DNA of 64,000 bases from positions 1 to 64,000 of IMG/VR virus record IMGVR_UViG_3300020576_006967; one strand, 5' to 3'. Source of the stretch: a virus (Duplodnaviria > Caudoviricetes). The position numbers and the translations under genes are program-made. Each line of letters begins with the position of its first letter. Position 1 is the stretch's first letter. The notes below the pieces were generated by a model. That model was not told the DNA's origin and ran no database searches. It was given only the letters and a program-made list of their open reading frames with translations. Shown here one piece after another: positions 26,295 to 36,962 of this stretch.

Positions 26295-27986
26295 TGCTAA
26301 GAAGATTTACAAACCCAAGCAGCACACGAAAAGTCCTAATCGGAAATGACACTGATGTGAGCGATACAATAATTACAAAGTATGGCGATGATCAGTTTGT
26401 GATGTTTGGCATAATGATTGACGAAGAGAAAGAGAGGGTTCATCCTGAGAAGCCTTATATTCTTACAAAAGAAGAATTTACGAACCACTTCGAACTTCAA
26501 TATGGTTCTCCAATGCACTATATTTCAAAAGAAGATTTTGAATGGATGATAAGTTAAATAAAATGAAAATAGCACTTACAGAATATGGCAAACAAGAATT
26601 GGATAAGTTGGATGAAAAATTTGATTACTTTAAGCGCCATGTTTACCACAATGAACTAAACGAGTTTGAACATCTTGTAAATTATTCGAGGTTTTATGTG
26701 GAGTATGATATAGAGTTTGAATCTATTGGAGATTTGTGCAACAAGACTGCTAAAAAGTATTTTGAGTGTTCAGAAGAAGTGGGCGAGATATTAACTAAAG
26801 CATTGTGTAAAAAAATAATTGAAATTTTATAATTTAAAAACAACTAACAACATGAAATCAATTAAAGAACAAATAGAAGAGCAGGAGCTAATTAAAATGA
26901 GGGCAGACTCAAAAATAGAGGAAATTGTAAGAACTTCAATGCCAGAATTTAATTCTTTGTGGAATACGGCTGGCAGTTGGGATTGTGAAGATAGCCCTTT
27001 GGGAGTTTGCGTATACAATCACATAGAAGATCCAGCATTGGATTATTGTTTGTTTTGTGGTGAACCAGATGAAAGAAAATAAAATGAGCGACTACGACGA
27101 ATTAATAGAAATAAACTTTGGTAATCCTTCTTTGGAGTTGCTCTCTAAACACTACACGCAATGCGTAGCTCAGATTTGTATTTACAGATGTGAACTAAAA
27201 AAGAATTACAGGCCTTATTGGAGCGGTAAAATATTATATAGAACAAAGCAGCGAAAAGCTATTGAAAGTAAAATTGAACAATGTTTTCCAGGAACCGATG
27301 TGAAAGAAATAATTAGAAAAACATTTATCGACTTACACGAAATAGAAGATGAGTACTACAGACGAGAACTTGAAAGTGAGACAAAATGAAAACAGTTAAA
27401 AGCAAAGTTCAACAAACTTTATATGATAAGTTGGTAGAGGTCATGAAAAATGATGGTCTGATGTATAGCTATTATGAAGAAATGATAGAGTACCATCAAA
27501 TATATATGAGGGCATTGCTAACACATGGTGATATGATGATTAATGATTGTTCTGAAAGTAGTCAACAAGAAGTTTTTGATTTGGCCATTAAATTTAACAA
27601 AAAAAGCGAAGAGAGTGAAAAGAAATTTTTAAAAAAGCTCAACAAAAAAATAAATTTAAAAAAAATTAAAAATATACAAGGCTATACTGAATTTGATTTT
27701 GTGGAGTGGGATTTTACAAGCAAACCATGGAACTATTTGCTTAAATTTAAACCAAAAAATGTGTCAGTTTCTTTTTGGCATGCATATCCAAAAGATATAA
27801 ATTATGAATAAAAAAGAAAATAAAAATATACAAATTAACGTGTTAGATTTTGCTTTTCATGTGGATCGTTTAAATTCTGGGCATGATAGAGATTGTGTAT
27901 TTCATTATTTGCAAGATTATTTAAAAACAAAAGGAAAAATTGTTGATATTAAAAAAGAATTAAAAGACCAAGACGAAGATTAAAAA

Positions 27987-29084
27987 ATGAAGCCATTAGA
28001 GTCATATCATCCATTTAGTAAGGAAGTGTTGGAGTTATTCGAAAGAATGAAATCGACCAAGCAAAGCGAGATTCATCACGCTGAAGGAGATGTTTATGTC
28101 CATACTCAAATGGTTAAAGCGGAGGTTGAAAAATTACCACTATCTGATAGAGCAAAAATGCTTTTAGATTGGACTGCCATTTTCCACGATATAGCCAAAC
28201 CAGACACAACAGTTTGGGAAGCGGACCAATACACAGGCGAATTTGATTGGAGAGCTCCAAAGCATGCTGTATATGGCGAAAAAATGTTCCGTGATCTTAT
28301 GTGGGCCAATTTTAGCTACAAGGACAGAGAAGAAATTGCAGGACTTATAAAATACCATGGATTGCCTATCTGGAACGAAGACAAAGAAGACCCAGACATG
28401 TCAGTTATTAAAGCATCTCTTCGTTGCAACGTTGAAGACATTGCCACATTTGCTCAATGCGATTTCCGTGGGAGAATTTGTTCAGATCTTGAAGACTGTT
28501 TATTTAAAATAGAATTCTTCAAAGAAAGAGCTGAGAATCTAAGCTGTTTAACATCGCCATATCAATTTACAAGCGATTGGGCGAGACTTCACTATTTTAA
28601 GAATGGAGATTACCCTGGCAAAGAGATATGGGAGCCAGAGGGTGGCTGGGTGGTTGTTCTTTGTGGTCTTCCAGCTAGCGGCAAGAATACTTGGATAAGA
28701 AAAAATTGGTCTGGGCCAATCATTGAACTTGATGCTATTCGAAAAGTGCACAAAATAGCTTGGGATGATAAGGATGCTCAAGGCTTTGTTATGCAAGAGG
28801 CTAAAGAGGAATTGAAAAAGAATCTCAGAAAAAAACAAGATGTTCTTTGGAATGGAACAAATATGACAGCTCAACAAAGGGCTACAATTATTGATATTGC
28901 CACGGAATACAGGGCAAAGATTAAGATTGTGTATATTGATTGTTCTGTATCAGATGCTTTAAAAAGAAATAGAGAGAGAGATGAGGAGTTCCAGGTAAAA
29001 TCATCTGTGATTGAAAAGTATTCAAGAAAAATGGAAATCCCAGACCTTACGGAATGTCACCAGTTAGTTGTAATTACAGAGTAA
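27987..29084 (+). CDS. HD-domain / P-loop polynucleotide kinase fusion
   Basis: HAEGDVYVHT, FHDIAK, GLPASGKNT. Confidence 0.85.
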   Translation: MKPLESYHPFSKEVLELFERMKSTKQSEIHHAEGDVYVHTQMVKAEVEKLPLSDRAKMLLDWTAIFHDIAKPDTTVWEADQYTGEFDWRAPKHAVYGEKMFRDLMWANFSYKDREEIAGLIKYHGLPIWNEDKEDPDMSVIKASLRCNVEDIATFAQCDFRGRICSDLEDCLFKIEFFKERAENLSCLTSPYQFTSDWARLHYFKNGDYPGKEIWEPEGGWVVVLCGLPASGKNTWIRKNWSGPIIELDAIRKVHKIAWDDKDAQGFVMQEAKEELKKNLRKKQDVLWNGTNMTAQQRATIIDIATEYRAKIKIVYIDCSVSDALKRNRERDEEFQVKSSVIEKYSRKMEIPDLTECHQLVVITE

Positions 29085-29772
29085 TTTTTTTATTAGATTT
29101 TAATAAGTTTTCCAAAGACTCAAGAGGTCTAAAATTAGAAAAATGATTTAACCTTATTAAATCCTCCTTAGTTTTAGCTGAAGAAATTGGTATAATATGA
29201 TCTAATTGCCATGTTTTTGTTTTTTTAGTATAACACCCATGATTAGACCAATTCATCCAAACCTCAAACTGGCTTTCTAAAAATATTTTAAATTCTGGAA
29301 AAGTACACCCTAATATTGATGTGCTCTTATTGGTTTTTTTTAAATTGTTTTTTTTGAAAGAATCACATATAGTTCTAGAAATATCACATCTTAATTTGAA
29401 AATAATGTCGTTTTTCTTTCTGTTTCTCAAACGTTCATTTCTTTTTAATTTGCTAGACAACTTTTTGCTTCTTTGTCTGTTTTTTTCGTTGTTTATTTCT
29501 CTGTTGTTGGCATGATATTTTTGACTATATTCTGTTCTTTTTTCTTTATTTTTTTGATAGTAAATTTTGTTTTTTTCTATTAATTCTTGTTTTTTATTTT
29601 CTTTATATTGTTTGTTGTAAATTTTACATTGTTCTTTTTTAACAATTCTATATTTTTTAGAATTTTCTCTTTCACATTCTTTGCAATAAGAGCTGTGATA
29701 ATTGCTGGTTTTTTTAAAATAAAATTCTTCTAGTTTTTTTGGAATCTTACATCCTATACACTGTTTTTCCAT
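29074..29772 (-). CDS. HNH homing endonuclease
   Basis: WQLDHIIPIS...LNHFSNFRPL. Confidence 0.85.
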   Translation of the reverse strand: MEKQCIGCKIPKKLEEFYFKKTSNYHSSYCKECERENSKKYRIVKKEQCKIYNKQYKENKKQELIEKNKIYYQKNKEKRTEYSQKYHANNREINNEKNRQRSKKLSSKLKRNERLRNRKKNDIIFKLRCDISRTICDSFKKNNLKKTNKSTSILGCTFPEFKIFLESQFEVWMNWSNHGCYTKKTKTWQLDHIIPISSAKTKEDLIRLNHFSNFRPLESLENLLKSNKKITL

Positions 29773-29854
29773 TTTTTATTAATAAATAGTGTAATATTTT
29801 GGAAGTTGTAAAATTTATTGCATATGATAAAAAATTAATGTAAATTTGTAAGCT

Positions 29855-30355
29855 ATGAAAAACTATAATCTATTAATTACAAACGGCGATCTTGGTAATG
29901 TAAAAGATCATGCTAAATATAATGCTGAGCTTTGGGTTCATAATGGCTTGGTGGTTAAGAATCATGTGTCAGAAAGCGATATGATTGCTTTGAAAAATTC
30001 GTTCAATCAAACTGATAAACCAACTTTTGAAACAGTGTTTAACGAAATTGTGGAGATTAACAAAATAGATCCAGCCGATCATTCAAAAAGACTTTCCAAA
30101 TTATTTGAAGAGTCTGGAGAGCTTGCAAAAGAAATAAACAAGGTAACTGGAAGAAAAGTTCTTTCCGTGGAAGACACAGAAGAAGCTATTAAACAAAATA
30201 TTTGCGATGAAGCTGCAGATACAATTCAAAATGTAATTTCTCTAGTAGAGACTTTTGGTATCTCCGCTCAAGATATAATTAATTCTATAGCTAGAGGAAA
30301 TGTGAAGTGGGTAAAAAATGTTTCAAAAAGAAAGGGGTCAAAATGTCTAGAGTAA
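29855..30355 (+). CDS. MazG-like nucleotide pyrophosphohydrolase
   Basis: KLFEESGELAKEI...DEAAD. Confidence 0.8.
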   Translation: MKNYNLLITNGDLGNVKDHAKYNAELWVHNGLVVKNHVSESDMIALKNSFNQTDKPTFETVFNEIVEINKIDPADHSKRLSKLFEESGELAKEINKVTGRKVLSVEDTEEAIKQNICDEAADTIQNVISLVETFGISAQDIINSIARGNVKWVKNVSKRKGSKCLE

Positions 30356-30765
30356 GCAAGCAAGTTATTGTGATGCGTAAAGATCTTAAAAATGTTAAGG
30401 GCGAAAAAGTTAGGACTGGAAAACTTATTTCTCAAGGTGCCCACGCAGCATTGGCAGCATTGTTAAACGAGATGTCAGAAGATAGTTCTTCGAAAGGTTC
30501 AACGTTTACGTTAAAAACAAAAAACGGAAGCGCCATCCACGAATGGATTACTGGTAGATTTACAAAAATAACTACCTGTGTAAATACACTAGAAGAGTTA
30601 ATGGTCGTTTACAATCAAGCTAAAGACAAAGGTCTTCCTTGTGCATTAATTACTGATGCTGGCAATACAGAATTTAATGGCGAGCCAACAGTAACTTGTT
30701 GCGCTATAGGTCCAGCGTGGGATAGTGAAATTGATCCAATCACTGGAGGGCTAAGTTTATTTTGA
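30343..30765 (+). CDS. pth2: peptidyl-tRNA hydrolase, Pth2 family
   Basis: KQVIVMRKDL, GKLISQGAHA, ITDAGNTEF, TCCAIGP. Confidence 0.92.
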   Translation: MSRVSKQVIVMRKDLKNVKGEKVRTGKLISQGAHAALAALLNEMSEDSSSKGSTFTLKTKNGSAIHEWITGRFTKITTCVNTLEELMVVYNQAKDKGLPCALITDAGNTEFNGEPTVTCCAIGPAWDSEIDPITGGLSLF

Positions 30766-30931
30766 TGAAAGTAATAATTAAAAAAATTTGCTTTTATTTT
30801 TTTGGCGCTTGTCCAAATTGTGATAGCACAAATATTGCTCAAGTGGCAGATCATTCATCGCATGGATACAATGGTTATGTTTGCAGTGATTGTAATTGTA
30901 AATTTGGTAATTAAAATTAAAAACAAAACAC

Positions 30932-31306
30932 ATGAAATCAAAAAATATTGATTACGTGAAACAATGCACCGATGAAGAATTGGAGATTTTTGTTAGAACA
31001 CGTTTAGGTCAAGAAAATCCAGAGTTAATGGAGCATGGAAAAGAGCATTTAAGACTAGATTTGCACTCAGCCACATTTACCCAGATCAGTAATAACACCA
31101 AAATTATGGCTTTATTTGAGGATTGCTTTGATTTGGGTGACCATGATCATGGCTTTATAGTTTACGGCTATAAAGGTGGTTTTTATATTGGCAGAGTGAA
31201 TGGTGAACCAATTGAGTTTTCCGAACTTGGCGGTTGTGGCACAGTTGAGACTTTAAAGTTTTTGCTAAAAACAATTCCAGCTAAAGGTTTTATGAACGGT
31301 AATTAA
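30932..31306 (+). CDS. hypothetical protein
   Basis: 124-aa ORF. Confidence 0.55.
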   Translation: MKSKNIDYVKQCTDEELEIFVRTRLGQENPELMEHGKEHLRLDLHSATFTQISNNTKIMALFEDCFDLGDHDHGFIVYGYKGGFYIGRVNGEPIEFSELGGCGTVETLKFLLKTIPAKGFMNGN

Positions 31307-31313
31307 AAAAAAT

Positions 31314-31964
31314 ATGAAAATAGTATTAAAAAATAACACAGAAAAAGTTGCAACTATAATTGTTTCAGTTGGTAACAAAAAATACACCAGAATTCAAAAT
31401 TCTGAAAAGAAAGAGGAAGGTGTTGTGTGGAAAAACACAAAAACAAATAGTCCAGTTAACAAAGAAAGATTTAAAATTCTTGAAGATAAATTTATAAAAA
31501 CACATGGAAAGTTTTTTTCTGCTTTAAAAACAATCACGCCAACAAGATCTAGAATCCAACCAGTTAGCGTAGAACAAGCTGTTTTAAGCACCATAAAATC
31601 AAATTCGACAACTATGACAATAGATAGTCAATTGTTTGAATTCATTAAAACAGGTCAGTTACTTGGGGCAGTAAAAGCTTATAAAGAAATTATGGGTTTA
31701 GGTTTAAAAGAAAGCAAAGATTATGTGGATTATTTAAATAAAATTTACAGAGATTCTAAATTGCCTATACAGGATGTTGACGACAAATTGTTAATCGCCA
31801 TTACCAAATCTTTTGATAAAAATTCTGATAAAAAAACATTCATAAACAATCAAAAAAAGATAAACAATGTTTTTGGAGAATATGTTTGTTTAATGGAAAT
31901 GTCAAAATCTAAGGGTTGGAACACCATTGCTTCAAAATTATTTTATGACATTTTTATAAAATAA
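31314..31964 (+). CDS. protein with ribosomal L7/L12 C-terminal-like motif
   Basis: AVKAYKEIMGLGLKESKDYVD. Confidence 0.55.
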   Translation: MKIVLKNNTEKVATIIVSVGNKKYTRIQNSEKKEEGVVWKNTKTNSPVNKERFKILEDKFIKTHGKFFSALKTITPTRSRIQPVSVEQAVLSTIKSNSTTMTIDSQLFEFIKTGQLLGAVKAYKEIMGLGLKESKDYVDYLNKIYRDSKLPIQDVDDKLLIAITKSFDKNSDKKTFINNQKKINNVFGEYVCLMEMSKSKGWNTIASKLFYDIFIK

Positions 31965-32019
31965 TTTTTTTAATATCTAGGTTTTTTTAGTATATTTGTC
32001 TACACTAAAAATCCTAGAT

Positions 32020-32070
32020 ATGAAATATGTCGTAATAGATGTTGAAACTAAAATTTTATCATATTTATAA
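32020..32070 (+). pseudogene. orphaned 5' stub of the downstream exonuclease (MKYVVIDVET...)
   Basis: matches KYVVIDIET at the start of 33116-33712; preceded by TATATTTG promoter at 31991. Confidence 0.75.
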
Positions 32071-32078
32071 TAAAAAAC

Positions 32079-33113
32079 ATGATAAATAAAGTTTCCAAAA
32101 AAGATATTAATCTCTTTGTAAGAGAATACAATTCTGGAGTTAGTATTTATAAAATAGCTAAAAATACAAAATTTACTCCAGCCACTATAAAAAAATGGAT
32201 TATTATAAATGGTATTGAGCTAAGAAAAACACCGTTTGATTTTTCTAAAAATAAAACAAGAAAACCCACAAATGAAAAATTACTAATTGAACTTTATGTT
32301 AAAGAAGGAAAAGAACTTTCACATGTATGTCAAAAATTAAAAATTTCCAGATCACTTGCTAAATATTATTTAGAAAAAAATAGAATAAAATTAAGAGAGA
32401 AAGGTCCAAATAAAACTAAGTTTACAGATAAAGAAAAAAAAGAAATAATAAGACTTTACACAATTGAAAAAAGGGGTGCTAAATATATAGGCTCTATTTT
32501 TAACAGATCAGATACTTGTATGACTTATTGGTTAAATAAGTGGGGTGTTAAAAAGAATACAAGATCAGAGATTTCTTTAAAAATCAGAAAGGTGTATGGG
32601 CCAACCAAAGGATTTACTGGAAAAAGACATACTAAAAGTTCTAAAAAACAAATTTCAGAAAGTGGATTAAAAGCTTGGGATGAAAACGACAGACTTCCAA
32701 TAATAGGTAAATCAAGAACTTTTAATACTAAAATTGGTAAAGTTTTAGGTTCATATGAAGTAGCATATATTCAAAAACTTACAAATGAAGGAAAAATTTT
32801 ACCTAAGCCGAATAGAAAAAAAATAAAAACACCATTTGGACAATATGTTCCAGACTTTGACACGGATAAAAATTATATAGAAATAAAAAGCCCATTTACT
32901 TTATCAGTGTGTAAAGGCAAAACTTCAAATGGTAAAGGTAAATTAACAGACATTCAGTGGAAAAAAATTCAATGGGTAAGAAAAAATATTAAATCAGTTA
33001 AAGTAATTGTTATAAAAAAACAAGATGCATTAAATTTATTTAAGCAAGCAATAAAAGAAGGCTTGGTTTTAGACAAAGTAGAAATTAAAAATTCACAATA
33101 TAAAATATTATAA
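32079..33113 (+). CDS. putative homing endonuclease (HTH repeats, NUMOD3-like, PD-(D/E)xK)
   Basis: GFTGKRHTKSSKKQIS, GSYEV, YVPDF...YIEIKS. Confidence 0.75.
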   Translation: MINKVSKKDINLFVREYNSGVSIYKIAKNTKFTPATIKKWIIINGIELRKTPFDFSKNKTRKPTNEKLLIELYVKEGKELSHVCQKLKISRSLAKYYLEKNRIKLREKGPNKTKFTDKEKKEIIRLYTIEKRGAKYIGSIFNRSDTCMTYWLNKWGVKKNTRSEISLKIRKVYGPTKGFTGKRHTKSSKKQISESGLKAWDENDRLPIIGKSRTFNTKIGKVLGSYEVAYIQKLTNEGKILPKPNRKKIKTPFGQYVPDFDTDKNYIEIKSPFTLSVCKGKTSNGKGKLTDIQWKKIQWVRKNIKSVKVIVIKKQDALNLFKQAIKEGLVLDKVEIKNSQYKIL

Positions 33114-33115
33114 TT

Positions 33116-33712
33116 ATGGGGCTTAAGTATGTAGTAATTGATATAGAAACATCTGGAATAGATCCAGAAAACAATCAGATTCTTGAATTTGGCGCTGTTA
33201 TAGAAGATAGTGCTAATCCTTTGCCAATAGAAGAACTTCCAAAGTTTAAATGTATAGTTAGACATGACTCTTATACAGGAAGCGCATTTGCCATTAATAT
33301 GAATAAGCGTATCTTTGATATTTTGGCTAAATTTGAGGGCGCAAAGAATTATGAAGATGGTAAAAAGATTGCCGAAGAACACAATATTTTAACTCCTGGT
33401 GCAATGTGCGTAAGTTTTCTTAATTGGGTTAAAGAAAACGGAATAGATAACACAATAAATATTGCTGGGAAAAATTTTGCTGTGTTTGATAAAGTGTTTT
33501 TAGAACAATTACTCACATGGAGAGAAGATATAACATATCTTTGCGAAAGACGCTATTTGGATCCTTCTATGCTTTATGTGGACTGGAAAACAGATAAGAA
33601 ATTACCAAGCCTTGATGAATGTTTAAAAAGGGCTGGTATAAATCGACAAGTAACCCACGACGCTCTTCAAGATGCAATAGATACTTTGTTGTGTTTTAGA
33701 GCTAAATATTAG
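33116..33712 (+). CDS. DEDDh 3'-5' exonuclease
   Basis: IDIETSG, GKNFAVFD, HDALQD. Confidence 0.88.
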   Translation: MGLKYVVIDIETSGIDPENNQILEFGAVIEDSANPLPIEELPKFKCIVRHDSYTGSAFAINMNKRIFDILAKFEGAKNYEDGKKIAEEHNILTPGAMCVSFLNWVKENGIDNTINIAGKNFAVFDKVFLEQLLTWREDITYLCERRYLDPSMLYVDWKTDKKLPSLDECLKRAGINRQVTHDALQDAIDTLLCFRAKY

Positions 33713-33752
33713 CAACCTTTTAGTTAAATTTGCGTATAACAATAAAAAAGCT

Positions 33753-35325
33753 ATGTCAAACAATATAAAAGATGGTAAGGGGCGTGTCCGTGTGAGATAC
33801 GCCCCTTCATAATTCACCCACAGGATTTCAACATATTGGCGGTATTCGTACAGCCCTATACAACTACCTATTTGCAAAAAAGCATGGTGGCGATTTCATT
33901 CTTCGTATAGAAGATACTGATATGACTCGTTATGTTCCTGAGTCAGAACAATACATTATTGATGTTCTGGCTTGGATGGGTATAAGCCCAAATGAAGGTT
34001 ATGGTATTGGTGGAGACAAAGGCCCTTATAGACAATCAGAAAGATTGGCTCTTTACAAAGAACACGCTCTTAAATTGGTTGAGTCTGGTCACGCTTATTA
34101 TGCATTTGACACAGAAGAAGAGTTGGATGGCCTTAGAAAATCATTTGAAGGTACAAAGAAAAAATTTGCATATAATTGTTTTTCAAGAGATAGACTTAAA
34201 AATTCTTTAAGCATGTCTGAAGAAGAATTGAAAAGCGCTTTTGATTCAGGTGTGTCTTATGTAATAAGATTCAAGATGTCAAAAGGCGTTGATGTGTCTT
34301 TTAGCGATTCTGTTCGTGACAGCGTAAGTTTCAATACAAACAACTTGCAAGACGAGGTTTTGATTAAAGCCGATGGCTTCCCAGCTTATCATATTGCAAA
34401 CGTGGTCGATGATCACTTTATGGAAATCACACATGTGATTCGTGGCGTAGAGTGGTTATCAAGTACGCCTTTACATGTGCTTATATATGATGCGCTTGGT
34501 TGGGACAAACCAACGTTTTGTCATTTGCCGCTTGTTAATGGGCCAGATGGAAAAAAGTTAAGCAAGCGTGAGGTGGCCAATTACAAGTTTCCAATTTTTC
34601 CTCTTGGAGTTGATACAAAAGACGAAAATGGTGTTGATATTCACTATGAAGGTTTAAATGAGTATGGATTTGATCCACTTCCGCTTTTAAACGCTTTGTC
34701 TTTGACTGGGTGGAATCCTGGAGGAGAAAAAGAGCATTTTACAAAGGAAGAATTGGTAGATTTGTTTACTCTTGAAAGGATTAATAACGCTAGCGCCATG
34801 TTTGACATTAAAAAGGCAACTAGTTTTAATGCTGCATACATACGCTCTTTGGACAACTTGGAGTTATTCAACAATTATATTGCTCCTGAAGTTGAGTTTT
34901 TCCCTTACAAATACGATGATGAAAAAAATGTGGCTATTGCAATAGCAGCTAAAGAAAGAGCTAATTTTGGAAAAGAATTGGTTTCAAATATTATTTATTT
35001 TTTTGGGGATGTTGTTTTTACTTCTGCTTTAACTATAAAGTTCCCTGAAGAATTTTCTAGTGTTATGAACGTGTTCTTAACAAAGGATATTGAATGGAAT
35101 GAAAAAACTATTCATAATGAATTAGAGGCCACTGCGCATGGTTTGGATACTCAAATGAAGTACATTGGGCCAGACTTAAGAAAAGCTCTTACAGGTGGAA
35201 TGCCAGGTCCCACAAACGCATATATTATGTGGGTTCTTGGAAAAGAAAACTCCTTTCAAAGAATAAACGCTTTGCTTAACTTGATTAAAGAAGGTTCTTA
35301 TAATAAGAATCCTTTACTATATTAA
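33753..35325 (+). CDS. gltX: glutamyl-tRNA synthetase, interrupted by a 7-nt insertion at 33810-33816
   Basis: RVRVRYAPS / PTGFQHIGG, LRIEDTD, GPYRQSER, VIRGVEWL, KKLSKR. Confidence 0.9.
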
Positions 35326-35400
35326 AAAGTTGCAGGTAATTCCTGCAACTTTTTTTAATTTTATACGTATAACAAATGCAAGATAATTCTTGAAATATAA

Positions 35401-35946
35401 ATGGAAAAAAATAAAAAAGAAATTCCGACAGAAACAGAAAGAAAATTTTTACTAAAAAGATTGCCAAAAGCAATTTTATCCAAACAGAAACATGACGTTC
35501 TGAATATTGTTCAGTATTATTTTAAAATTGAAGGTAAATGGCAAAGATTTCGCATTTCTCAAAATGCAAAAACTTTAAAAGTTAAGTACATACACACCAT
35601 TAAGGGCCCTCAGATTAGTTTGGGTTCATGTCTGGAAGACGAGAGAACAATTACAAAAAAAACGTTTGAAAAGATTTATTCTCAGTATAAGAGTGATGGT
35701 CTTGTAATTGAAAAAACAAGATATGTCATAAAACATAAAGGGTTTAAGTTTGAAATAGATGCCTATCATGGTATTTGTTTGGTCACTTTAGAAGTTGAAG
35801 TTCCGACCATAGAAACTCTTTATGAGTACCCAATTGATTTAAAAGATGAAATTGTGTTTGAGCTTACTGGAATAGAACAATTCAGTAACAAAAACCTAGC
35901 TTTTAAAAATAAGAATCATAAATTGTATTTTAAAATTAAAAAATAA
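35401..35946 (+). CDS. CYTH-domain protein
   Basis: ETERKFLL, IEKTRY, FEID, LEVE. Confidence 0.8.
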   Translation: MEKNKKEIPTETERKFLLKRLPKAILSKQKHDVLNIVQYYFKIEGKWQRFRISQNAKTLKVKYIHTIKGPQISLGSCLEDERTITKKTFEKIYSQYKSDGLVIEKTRYVIKHKGFKFEIDAYHGICLVTLEVEVPTIETLYEYPIDLKDEIVFELTGIEQFSNKNLAFKNKNHKLYFKIKK

Positions 35947-35948
35947 TT

Positions 35949-36377
35949 TTGTTACTTATGGAACCGATTAAAGAAGAAGATATGAATTTTTTTATTTTCA
36001 TTTCTTGTCAAGAAAAAATCACAAATCCAACAAAGGCATCAATGGCGGTAATACAAGCTATGCTTTTTTCAGAAGGAGCTATTAGTGTTGAAAAAATAAA
36101 TGAAAGCGCATTCGTTTTTTCAACAACAATGACATACGAAGCAATAAAGAAAAAGCTAAGTAGAACAAAAATAGGTTTTATAATTTTGGATATTGGCGTT
36201 TTGTATGATCTAGAACAAATATTTGGAACTGGGCCAAACATAAAATTTGAATTGTTTAAAAATATCGCCGAACAAAAATTTTCTAAAGAAAAACCAAGAC
36301 TGCAAAAAATTTCTGAAAACTCAGTTGAAAAAGAAAGATTTGAGTTGGCAGCTAAACTTAGGGATATAAAAAAATAA
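35949..36377 (+). CDS. hypothetical protein with UVR-like C-terminus
   Basis: EKERFELAAKLRD. Confidence 0.5.
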   Translation: MLLMEPIKEEDMNFFIFISCQEKITNPTKASMAVIQAMLFSEGAISVEKINESAFVFSTTMTYEAIKKKLSRTKIGFIILDIGVLYDLEQIFGTGPNIKFELFKNIAEQKFSKEKPRLQKISENSVEKERFELAAKLRDIKK

Positions 36378-36380
36378 CAA

Positions 36381-36962
36381 ATGAACGTAAACAAAGAAGT
36401 AAACTCAAAAAAAATAAAAAAAGCCATTGTAGTAAATCTTATAGGTGGCCCAGGCGTTGGAAAATCTATTATAACATCAGATTTATTCTCAGCGCTTAAA
36501 AGGAAATATGTTAGTTGCGAAGTTTCGCCTGAGTATATAAAAAAGAAATTAAGAGAACAAGCTTTAAAAGCCGTTCAAAGTCAAATATATATATTTGCAA
36601 AACAACAATTTCAATTGTTTACACTAAAAGATGATGTAGAGGTTACTGTTACAGATTCTCCAATTATTCTTTCTGCCATATATGATAAGACTGAATGTAA
36701 ATTTCTTAGAGGTTTAATTTTAAAAGAATTTAAAAAATACAAAAATCTAAACTTTTATATTGAAAGAGATCCAAGTGCCGAATACGAACAAGAGGGACGA
36801 TATCAAAACTTGGATGGCGCTAAAAAAGTTGATGAAAAAATTAAAAAATTTTTAAAAAAGCATGGCATAAAGCACACGATAATTAATGGCATCGGAGAAG
36901 ACTCCTTGCAAACAGTAATTAACGAGGTAAATAAAATTTTAAAAAAGAGAAATAAAAAATGA
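36381..36962 (+). CDS. P-loop kinase/ATPase (NadR/AAA_28-like)
   Basis: NLIGGPGVGKS, VTDSP, YEQEGRYQ. Confidence 0.75.
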   Translation: MNVNKEVNSKKIKKAIVVNLIGGPGVGKSIITSDLFSALKRKYVSCEVSPEYIKKKLREQALKAVQSQIYIFAKQQFQLFTLKDDVEVTVTDSPIILSAIYDKTECKFLRGLILKEFKKYKNLNFYIERDPSAEYEQEGRYQNLDGAKKVDEKIKKFLKKHGIKHTIINGIGEDSLQTVINEVNKILKKRNKK

